Part shown: one piece after another, positions 37,897 to 49,047 of the stretch | Position numbering within the stretch: position 1 is the first letter of the stretch | Layout of the letters: the number at the start of each line of letters is the position of its first letter | Source of the DNA: Octopus vulgaris | Taxonomy: Eukaryota | Reading direction: 5' to 3' | NCBI GenBank assembly: GCA_951406725.2 | Contig: OX597829.1 | Span: 29,884,001 to 29,948,000, forward strand | Length of the DNA: 64,000 nt | Program-made: the position numbers and the translations under genes | Notes under the pieces: generated by a model | What the model saw: only the letters and a program-made list of their open reading frames with translations | Databases searched by the model: none | What the model was told of the DNA's origin: nothing

Positions 37897-40855
37897 TGTT
37901 GTAAAATGGTTTCCTCCCACAGGTGTGATGTGTGACTGCTGTTTTACTGTAGTTGCTGTTTATGCTAGTCGCCACAATAGTTACTAGTCATCAGTATCTC
38001 TTCATACCGGAATAATAATACACTAACGTCCTTGATATGTGAGCTATGGTTGTTCTTCTGCCATTATCCTTGTGTAGGAGCACAGCTCCTATCCCATACT
38101 TGCTAGCCTCTGTAGCTAGTATTACCTCTAACTTTTGGATCAAAATGCATGAGATACAAGTCTGAAGTTAACACATCTTTTAACTTGTTAAATGCTTTCT
38201 GGCATTTCTCTGTCCAAACCCATTTGGCATTATTTAAAAATAATTCATTAAGTGGTGCCTTTACCTTATGTATATTCGGGATATACATTTGGTAATAATT
38301 TACCAATCCTAGAAATGGTTGGAGCAGTGTCATGGTCATCGGGAGTGACGTGTCCCGTATTGCCATCACCCTTGATGGGTCTGGTCTGCATCCTCTTTTG
38401 TTGATTACTTGATCTAGGTATTTTATTTTTTCCTTCAAAATTTCACATTTTTCTTCTCTCAGTTTTAGCCTGTATTCACTTGTTCTCTTGAATACTTTTT
38501 TATGTGTTCCATGTGTTGTACCCAAATTCACTCTTTATCAAAATGTCATTGAGGTTTGCAATGGCAAAGTCACATTGCCTTAACATTGCATCCATTATTT
38601 GTTGGAATATGGTGGTGCCACTTTTACTCCAAACATCAGTCATTGAACTTGTACAATCTACAGTGCGTGTTGATTTTTAGTAGATGTGTGCAATCTTCCT
38701 CTAACTGAATTTGAAGGTATCCCTATGAGAGGTCTAACTTTGAGAAATTTTTCCCTCCATTTAGTTTAGCAAATACTTCTGGGCTTGACAGTAGGTAATT
38801 GTGTGTGAGTAAACTGTCATTTAATCCGGTTGAGAAGTCTGCACACATTCTTAGCTTATTATTTTTTTTTAAGCAGACTGCCAGTGCTGCCCAGTCTGCA
38901 TGGTCAAGCTTTTCAATTATATTCAGGCTTTCCAACCTTTCCAGTTCTTTATTGACCTGGTCTACTATTGCAAACAGCACATTCTGTTTGGGCCTGAAAA
39001 TAGGTGCTGAATTTTCTTTGATAGCAATCCTTGCTTTTGGAAAAGTTTCTTTCATTTTTTGTCTCAGTTCGTCAACCTCATTGAATCATCTGATTGCTTC
39101 CATCAACCTCATTTGATCGTTTGACCACTCTGTTTACGTTATTGCACAAAATGCTTATGGATATGCTTCCCATAAATTTTCTCCATACATTTGGTGCCAG
39201 ATAAATTCACGGGTTTTTTCAACACATAACATTCACTTTTTGGTTCAACCATTGAATGTTATATTACTAATGCATTCCCTTGTGAAATATAATTTTCTTC
39301 CTGTAATATCATACACTATTTTGTTTGGATTTCATTATTTTGATTTACCCATTTGTTACAATGTTTTCTCATTTATGATTGTGATGTCACTTCCTGTGTC
39401 TAATTGCATTCTGACACTAGTGGTTTCAGTTCTCACATTCATGAATTTTCTGTTTGTTGTAGTCACAACTTTTCCTGCAGACAAACTATTTATTTTTTCT
39501 TATTTGTTCTATTTTCCTATCATTCTAGTTTAGCCGTACAATTTTATATGTCCTGTAAACCAGCAGTGAAAACACTTTGCTTTTTTATACAGACAATCTT
39601 TTTACAGGTGCATCCCACCACATACCATACATGGATCTACATCCCAATATTTTTTCAGTTTTTCTGCAACACTTCATCTTCCGACCTTTTTGCACTGGTC
39701 ATACGCGAAACTCTTTCTGTTGAATTTCTTCCATGTCATGCCTTAATTTTAATATCATGTCACACTCTTCCGGCAGTTTCTGCAATGTTGAATCCTGGTT
39801 CATTTCCAGTTTTGTTAGAATTTTCATTCGGATTTCTGCATCCCTTCTATCTGTCAATCCTTGTGCAAAAAACAAACACTTGAAAGAATCTGGAGTAAGC
39901 TTAAATCTCTCAAATCTACTTGTGTGAGTAGTGAAGTCTTCGTCTTTGCTCTTTTCTATGTTTAAACATTTCCATCTAGTATTAAACAGTGAGCTCTTTT
40001 CACTAAATGTGTCGGTGAAATTTATGTTGGATGCTTTTTTTGGCAATATGAAGTTACTATACTTCCCATGCTCTGCTGTCGCTAGTTTTCTTAAAACTAG
40101 ATGCATTTTCATTCCATCCGTCCAGTACTGACATTCTTTTTCAAAAATTTGTTCAAATCTTTGAAAGCTACTTTTTCTTTGGGGTCATATTTGAATTCGC
40201 TTATGAGATTTGCTATATGGTCACATGAAAATGTATTCTCCGGTTTGGTCATCAACTTCATTAGTTGTAACATTTGCAGTTGCAATCCTTGTTGTTGTTC
40301 TCATTCCTTGACTTGTTATTGTTGCTGTTTTTGCAACTCAACTACCCCAGCTAAGAAGTCTTCCATATTTTACGATTTTCATAAGTTTGCACAACAAGAT
40401 TTTTGTTTCTTTTTTGTCAAGTTATTTAATTTTCCACATGAATTAGTTTAAACTCGCTGTCAGCATCATCATCATCATCGTTTAACGTCCGCTTTCCATG
40501 CTAGCATGGGTGTGCTTGTTTTTTCTTTACTCCATGTAAATTTGTTTTTCCTCATCACCACTGTTGTAAAGTGGGTTCCTCCCACTGGTGTGATGTGCTA
40601 CTGCTGTTGTACTGTAGTTGCTGTTTATGCTAGTAGCAACAATAGTCACTAGCCATTGGTTACCATTGTATCTCTTCATACTAGAATAGTAATACATAAA
40701 CTTATTCAGTCTTACTATCGCTGATAGCCCCACAAGACACCAACTAGAACTGTCGACTCTCAACCCACTTCCTGACAAACAGCAACTGGTCTATTTATAA
40801 TGGCTGTCGCCTACCACTTTTTACTGGGAGGGGTATACAGTTTCACTATACAACA
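37897..40855 (-). mobile_element. Decayed, internally deleted Ty3/Gypsy (Mag-like) LTR retrotransposon
   Basis: 5' LTR 40855-40562 (TG...CA) followed by a PBS-like TGGTGATGAG. Partial 3' LTR 38027-37897. 5-bp TSD AATAT at 37892-37896 and 40856-40860. Remnants of gag (FKCLFFAQGL), Cys/His knuckles, protease (QLDTGSD) and RT (RMCADFSTGLN, FSKLDLS, FLGLVNYY). No integrase seen. Confidence 0.92.
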
Positions 40856-41528
40856 AATATAATATAATATAATAAAATATCATATATGTATATAGCAGAA
40901 CAAGAAACAGAAAATCCTTGGTACAATATTAAATAAAATGTTTATAAACACCTAATTATTAAATTGGGAAAATTATCAGAAAAGCTATTTCTATTAATTT
41001 TTTTTCAAATATATACAATGTGCTGTTTCATTATGATAGGATGAACAAAAAAAGTAGTCCATGTGGTGAGTGATAAATATTATTTAATAGACACAGTACA
41101 TGTTTTATGTCTACTAATAGTTTCACTTGTTGAAAAATACCTCAAACATATTTATCAGGTGCAAACCACACAGCAGCAATAAACAACCCTGATGAAGTTG
41201 CACTAACTAACACCAAGATGCACACTTAACAGTGTGCAGTGGCTTGCAGCAGAAATGTGCGAAGGTCTAAGTGAGGAACGATCTAAAAAGCTGTATAATA
41301 AAACTTGAGTGTGCAAAGCTTCGTTCTCCTGATCTTCATTAATTTCAATATGTGTGTACGTGCACATGTGTGTGTCTGTGCATGTATAGGGTGGGGCATA
41401 AAGATATCTCCCACACTTGGAGAAGGCACCATGTGGATGTAAGTAGAAGAGAAGAGGGACAGGTTTCATTTGGAAGGCTAAGATCTGCCACTTTTGTATT
41501 TATTATTAACTGCTTATTCCCATGCTGG

Positions 41529-41597
<69 letters not shown>

Positions 41598-41598
41598 A

Positions 41599-41978
41599 GA
41601 TGTGTTCATCAAGAATTTAGATTCAGCTCAGTAGCTTCTAAGCTGAAGTGAAGGCAGAATGTTCTTTGTCTATCTCCTTAACTTCTTGGAGATTTTAAGT
41701 AAAATTATACTAATATGTCCATTTGTTTTAATTTAATTAAATTCTATGTCTTTGTGCAGCTGAGGATTGCTCTGCATTTAAATTGATGTAATGGTTGCAT
41801 TGTTCAATTAAATGGAGTTGCGTGAAACGATTGTACTGAATTACCTCTGGATATCCTTGCTGCTTATTTTGATTTTAATCACCTTATTTTCAAATTGTAT
41901 GGATAATACCGTACTAAATTCTGGTGCCTCAACTTAGGTACCATATTCATCTGAATCTAAATTTTTGCTGAACTCATC
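41599..41978. mobile_element. MITE with ~50-bp imperfect TIRs and TA flanks
   Basis: TA|GATGTGTTCATCAAGAATTTAGATTCAG ... CTGAATCTAAATTTTTGCTGAACTCATC|TA. Confidence 0.75.
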
Positions 41979-42899
41979 TATACATACATATATATATATA
42001 TATGTAGGTCCCGGGTTGAGTTGGGGTTAACCACAGTAAATAAGGTACTCAATACATAGCAGAGTAAATTAATTTATTTTGTAGAAGGAGCTTCTACAGA
42101 ACTAGGACTGTTTCATTCAAAAGAAATCATATATATATATATATGGCACTTGTGTTGGTGGCACGTGAAAAAACATTCAAGCTAGGTCATTGCCAGTGCC
42201 GCTGGACTAGCTCCTGTGCAGGGAGCACATAAAAAGCACCATTTGAGCGTGGCCATTGCCAGTACCGCCTGACTGGCCCTTGTGCTGGTTGCATGTAAGA
42301 GCAACCACTACACTCGCGGAATAGTTGGCGTTAAGAAGGGCATCCAGCTGTAGAAACTCTGCCAGATCAGATTGTAGCCTGGTGCAGTCATCTGGTTCAC
42401 CAGACATCAGTCAAATCGTCCAACCCATGCTAGCATGGAAAGCAGACGTTAAACAATGATGATGATGATATATATATATATATATATATGTAATGTAATG
42501 GTTGCATTGTTCAATTAAATGGAGTTGCGTGAAACAATTGTACTGAATTACCTCTGGATATCCTTGTTGCTTATTTTGATTTTATATATATGCATATATA
42601 TACATATATATATTTCTTTATTGCCCACAAGAGGCTAAGCATAGAGGGGACAAACAAGGACAGACAAAGGAATTAAGTCGATTACATCGACCCCAGTGCA
42701 TAACTGGTACTTAATTTATCAACCCCGAAAGGATGAAAGGCAAAGTCAACCTTGGCATAGTTTGAACTCAGAACGTAACGGCAGACGAAATATCACTAAG
42801 CATTTTGCCTGGCGTGCTAACGTTTCTGCTAGCTCGCCAACCTTTTTTTTTTATATATATATATACATACATATTTATATACATACACACACACACACA

Positions 42900-43028
42900 T
42901 ACAGTGATGCCACTCATTACATTGCCTCATGAAGGTCACTTATAGCTTTCATTGCACATGCAACCGTGTGCTGCCATCTGTTGGTGCGCTACAGAACTAG
43001 TTTGGGAACTTTTTGATACCACCTCGTA
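42900..43028. mobile_element. mariner-like terminal fragment
   Basis: Ends actttttgataccacctcg|TA, a mariner-type TIR plus TA. No partner TIR found. Confidence 0.5.
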
Positions 43029-43186
43029 TATATATATACTTTTATTAAAGCTGCAAAACTAACACAAAAACTTACTCTGAGTAATAGCTTTTGTGATAAT
43101 TTTGCAGCTATAATAAAAGTATATTACTCTACCTTTGGTATTCGAGTACTATTTTTTCCACCTTCTTTTGCACTTATGTGCTCACC

Positions 43187-43236
<50 letters not shown>

Positions 43237-44199
43237 TGTATGTACATATACACGCACATATATGTATACATACGTACCTACCTATCTATCTATTTATGAC
43301 TCATTACATGAAACTCATGTAATAAAAAAGATTTAGAAGTGTACATGTATTTGGGCTTCGCAAGAAATTAACTTAATTTTTTCACTTTACTTTTCTAATA
43401 GAACTGAGTATTGTTTTCATGCTCCAACGTTTAACATGGTTTAAATCTATTTTTCAAATGTTTTATTTTTTTCCACCTGAGATAAAAAGAAATAGAATAA
43501 AAAAACTAACAAGACTTATCACATTAATCGTTTTTGTTTTTATGAATGTACCGCCACACCTTTCCACCTTTTCCCTTGTCTGCCACTAATAAGTATCATC
43601 ACGGCCGGCGGCAAAAACTTATATCTAATTTAGGCCTCTCTTTATAACTATTACTGCTACTACTCTCTATCGCTCGCCAATGTGATTAAATCGAAAGACC
43701 TACACTTTCCTATTACTATAACCTCGTTATCTATCATATAGATAGAGAGAACATTCACAATAAGAAAGAGAGAGAGAAAGAAAGAGAAAAACAAAGACAG
43801 AAAGTGGGGAGATAGGGCCATGGAAAAGAGAGATAGGTTGGAAACAGAGAGTGAGAAAGAAAGGTAGAAAGTAAAAGGCAGAGTTAGCAGTGGAGGTGTG
43901 ACAGGCAAAAAGCGAAAAAAAAAAAAAAAAGATTATAAAGAGACAAAGAGTGAGAAGAAAACACAAGAAAGCGTAACGGGAGGGAGGAGAGGGAAAAACA
44001 AAGGAGAAAGATAAAGATTAAGTAAAAGAATATGATATAGGCGGAAGGAAGGGTTGGGGAATGCAACTTTTATGTGATGTGAACAGATTAGGTAGGAAAC
44101 GAAGAGATGAAACCAGCAAACAAGTCTAAAAGGATTTGATAGACAATGGAATAGATTTAGAAAGAGATGCAAGTCCAGTAGAAAAAAAACTGAGGAGTA

Positions 44200-45054
44200 A
44201 GCAGGCAGTTGTACACGCGTACAAAGAGTACAAACGAACTCGTAAGAGTGCCAAATCGATAAAAGAGAGGGTAGTCGTGCTCCTATTTCAATAGATTTGC
44301 GTAAGAAAATGTCCAAATGGAAAGTGTAGATATTATTAAATAAAGGCGAGTACATTAGAGGTGTAAGTAAGGATTCTGCACAAACGAGAAAAACCGTATA
44401 GAGTCTATATAGACTCCTTACGTAAAAGAGCCAAATGTATAAAAGAGGACAGTTCTGAACAGTATAAGATTTCTCTCTTTTTATGGATTTCCAAAGGGAA
44501 ATGTAGATATAGTGAAATAAGGCGAGTACGTTAGAGTAGGTATGAGCAGGCGTTCGTTCAAAGTGTACAAGTGAAAAGGTGAAGAGGAATCTGTTGGAGA
44601 GAAAGGGTAGTGTAAGTTAATCAGTCGTACACGCAGGATACAATTAGAAAAGGCAAGTGATAATTATGTAAGGGAAGAAGTAAGTCTATTACGCAGAGAG
44701 CACGGGTGAGAGAAAGTGTGTGAGACAGCGAGAGAGAAAGAGAAAGAATAAGCGTATACAGTGTACAAACGAAAAAGGCGTTAATAATGGAGAAGGCAAG
44801 TCTATTATAAAGAGAGCAGTCGCACGTACAGCGTACAAACGAAAAGGCAAATGATAATTAACATAGTAAGGAAGGAAACGACTCTGTTATACAGAGAGAG
44901 AGGGGGGGGGGGAAGCAATCATATGTCGTATTCAAAAGAAAAAGGCAAGAGTTAATAATGGAGAAAGCAAGTCTGTTACAAAGAGAGCAGACGTTTGGTA
45001 CAGCGTACAAACGAAAAGGTAAATAATAACGTGGTAAGGAAGGAAACGACTGTT

Positions 45055-45093
<39 letters not shown>

Positions 45094-45550
45094 AAGAAAG
45101 AGCAGTCGTACATGTGAACTGAACAAACGAAAAAGATGTTTTATAAGGGAGAAACTAAGACTGTTATACAGAAGGAAAAAGGGCGAGAGAGGGAGACCGC
45201 AGTCGTACACATAGTGTACAAACGAAGAAAAAAAGGCGAGCTATAATAGATAGAGTAAAAGATAAGTGTGTTAAAGATAGAGACACAGCACTCATGCATA
45301 TAGCGTACAAACGAAAAGAGGCGGGTGATACCACGTAGAATGAAGGAGAAGTCAAAACTACTCTCTAACAATCATGCCTTCTCCCCTACTATATGTGTTA
45401 TATAGTAAAGGCGAGACTTACAAAGAGAAAAAGAGAGGCAGAACCGTCGTACAGTGTACAAACAGAAAAAAGGCGAATATAAACAGATATAGTAAAGGAG
45501 AAGACGAGACTAAGAGAGAGAGAGTAGTCGTACACTTTGTACGAAAAATG
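44200..45550. repeat. Purine-rich array of a recurring GTCGTACA..GTGTACAAACGAAAAAGGC motif with variable spacers
   Basis: Copies at ~44208, 44555, 44624, 44752, 44819, 44995, 45104, 45201, 45297, 45446 and 45527. Confidence 0.75.
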
Positions 45551-46019
45551 TGTATTTTGGCGAACTGATAGCGGCAGCAGTAGGCAGTCGTTCACAGGCA
45601 AAAAAATAAAAATGTTTATTAGAGACAGACAAAGTAATAAGGACAGAAAGGGAGAGAGTAAAAAAAAGCGATACAAGCATAAGGGAGTGAGCTGGTATTA
45701 GAGAGAGAGTAAAAAAAAGGCGATACAAGCATAGTAAGTAAGGGAGTGGGCTGGTATTACAGAGAGAGAGAGAGATAGACTATCTGAGAGAGGGAGAGAC
45801 AGAGTGTTATATGTGGGTAGTAGTAAGAGATCGGTCGGTCGGTTAATATACATATGCAAATATATGCACACACATACACTGTCAGTGTAAGTAAGAGAGA
45901 GAGAGAGAGAAATAGATAAACAGAGAGAGAGAGAGAGAAATAGATAAACAGAGAGAGAGAGAGAGAGAAATAGATAAACAGAGAGAGAGAGAGAGGGGGA
46001 AAAAATAGAAAGACAGAAA

Positions 46020-46085
46020 GTGTGTACAGCGTTGAACCGAGTCGGACGGCCATCTTGGTTTCTATATATGACAGAGCAGGTAAGT
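46020..46085 (+). promoter_or_regulatory. Probable promoter-proximal first exon end: YY1-like GCCATCTTG motif and consensus donor CAG|GTAAGT
   Basis: GGCCATCTTG at 46048-46057 and donor at 46079/46080. Located in a CpG-retaining, SINE-poor region downstream of GA-rich tracts. Confidence 0.55.
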
Positions 46086-47116
46086 AACAAGTCCATGATT
46101 AAGTAATAATAATAACTTAACACATAATTTGGAATAACGACAAACTAACTAATTTAACATATTGGTTTTTTTCTTGTGCGTAGGTGAGGTTCGATTTTCT
46201 TTTGGACATTTATTTCCCAATGTTTCTTCCACATTTTTTTTCTTCTTCTCTGAGTGTGTGTGCCGCTTCGAATTCCTCCTTGAATTTCTCCTCTCCTCTA
46301 TTCCGTTCTCTGTCTCTCTCCCTTCTCTGTATATGTCTGAATAAAATTCGTTAAGCTTTTCTATATTTTATCCCCATTTTTCTTTCAGTATATTCTTCCC
46401 TTCATCCCTTAAATTGTTTGTCTCTCTCTCATCTCATTTTTTTCCAATTCTGTTTGGCATTAACAAATTAACAACTTAAATATTTTTTCCTCCTTGCAAT
46501 TTATTTATGAGTGTTTCATTCCGTCTGTCTATCTCTTACCTAAATTGTGTAATTTATTTAAACTTCACACTCACTAATATAAATATGTATATATATATAT
46601 ATATAATTTATATATCTATAATGTATGTGTTTGTATATGTTGTCTGTAGCTTAGAATATATACATAAAACTTTTCCATCCAATATTTACGTAAAAACTAT
46701 CCTCCCTCCCTATTTTCACCTGCCCACTAATATAATATATTTCACAGATTATTATAAATATTATACCTGATCCACCCACTTCAACAGCAAATTTCTCTGA
46801 GGACCAAACCTTAACACAAACCCTAAACACACACATATATATATACACATACACACACATACGTGTGTATGTGTATATATATAAATATATATAAGGTTAT
46901 GAGTCATCGAGGTCTTGTTTTAATATAAAAGATAAGCTGACTAAAAGTGTCTTTCCTATCTTTTTCTCTTCCCACGACTGTCTTTACTGCCTGGCTTTAT
47001 TAAAGTTTTATGAAAGCATATTATGATTGTATATTGCTATCTTCTTATCCGTTTCCCTCAAGTAAGTTTCATTAATGTTCAGTTGCAACCATAACTTTCG
47101 TCTTAACATTATAATG

Positions 47117-47162
<46 letters not shown>

Positions 47163-49030
47163 ATTCAGTGTAATCTGTCTGTTTTATATATATATATATA
47201 TATATATATCAATTCAGTGTAATCTGTCTGTTTTATATATATATATCAATTCAGTGTAATCTGTCTGTTTTATATACATAGAGATAGATATATAAATCAT
47301 TTTACCGAGTGTTAAAATGTATTACCTAATATTTTTGTAAGTAGGCGGAAATAGTTTAGTTGAAACAATAACCGATCACCAAAGTTAAATTGTGTGTATG
47401 TATACGTATATATATATATATATATATACACACACATACTCACGCACAGATACATTTACACATGTGTATTGTTGATCCATCTATATTAATGATGAAAATT
47501 TAGCCTGCCTTTCTGTAATTTGGTACACAGCAGTGCTGTTCTCGAATGAAAGAAAGAATTAGGAAGAAAAGAGGAGAAAAGGCTATACATTCTACTAGCT
47601 TCGACTAACTGGAAGCTTCCTCAGATATCGTTCTAACATATTTGGACATCGACCCTCATCTTTTCCCTTTTAAATCGTATTTTCTTTTATCCCACTCGAC
47701 ATAGTTACTTTGAATCAAAAGAAGAAAAAAAAAACCCATAGATCAACAAGCCAAAATTTTAATTTTAAACCACTCCCACTTCCCTCCAAGAGACCAAGTA
47801 CACGTACTTGCTTTTTAAATTATCACCACTCTTATATGTACATGCTCCTCTCGTCATGTTTAAATTCTTAATTTGGTAAGTGTGTCCCTTCCTGTATGTC
47901 TGAGTGTTTTTTTTTTCTTGTATTATTTTCATTTCTCGAATCATTTTTGTAATTTATTATGATAATGTTGCAACGGTCTTGACTCTAAATGTATACTTAT
48001 ATATCAGTATTTTTATTATAAATTTCTGAGTGTAACGTTTTGTTTATCTCTCAAATTTTATTTTGTGATTCACTAAATCTCATGTCACTATTGTTGTTTT
48101 ATGCTTGTTAATTGCTGTCGCTGCATCTCTAATTAAAAACGGGACGGAGCTATATATATATATATATATCTATATATATATATATATACACACACACTTT
48201 CATGATATTTTTCAAATGCCGATGATTGCAACTGTCATATATATAAATATATACATGTCCTGAGGGTGTTTTTCTCACGGAATTCGCTTGTAATTAGGCG
48301 ATCAAAGCATATACAGTTTTTGAAAATAGAATCCGTCATATATATACACACACACACACTTGTGTATACCTCTTGTTTTGTATATGTACATGTATTCACT
48401 TTTTTAGACATCACAGTATTGAGAGGTATTTTTTAGTTGTAGTTGCTAAAGAATTTGCTATTGCGTTTGCAAAAATGATCATCCCTGGCTGCCAACCTTA
48501 GAAGCAATGGCAATAACAATTGAAACAACAATAATCATTAAGCCAGATCGTTGCTTACATATTCATAAAATATAACATTCCACCTCCATAAAACAAACCG
48601 AAGCAAAACGTCAGTCGATCGATCCATCGATCAATAACCAACAATTGTTCATTTTGGCTCTCTTTTATGATATATATTTTTTCTTACTTCTGTTTATAGT
48701 ACCTTCTATGGAATGGAACAAAACCATTAAGAAACTAGGAATTAAAGATATCGACCAAAAGTACAGACGAAACTGAATTTGGCCGACCTTGTCTTTTAAT
48801 TGTAGAGAAAAAAAAGTACCATAACCTTTCTCAAAGTATTGACTTGTCGAGCTGTTGTCATCCTATTGTGTTCTTGGCTCAACCGTTTTAATATATTATA
48901 TACACTTTAAAATAAGATATTTCTATATTTCCTTCCTTCGGAGAAGAGAGAAGGGTTGTTTATATTGCGACTGAGAGCTTTTCTTTCGTACCTAATTTTG
49001 TGGTTTGGATGTTGCAGTGTCACTGACAAC

Positions 49031-49047
49031 ATGGGGGCAGTATACAG
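49031..49047 (+). CDS. Candidate alternative first coding exon (MGAVY+AG, phase 2) of an unidentified host gene
   Basis: caacATGG Kozak context and donor CAG|GTGAGA. Joins in frame to 52172-52213. Confidence 0.42.

Noticed and set aside
44200-45550. CRISPR-like repeat-spacer array
   Set aside because: Repeats are degenerate, spacer lengths are highly variable, the context is eukaryotic and there are no cas genes. Retained only as a motif cluster.
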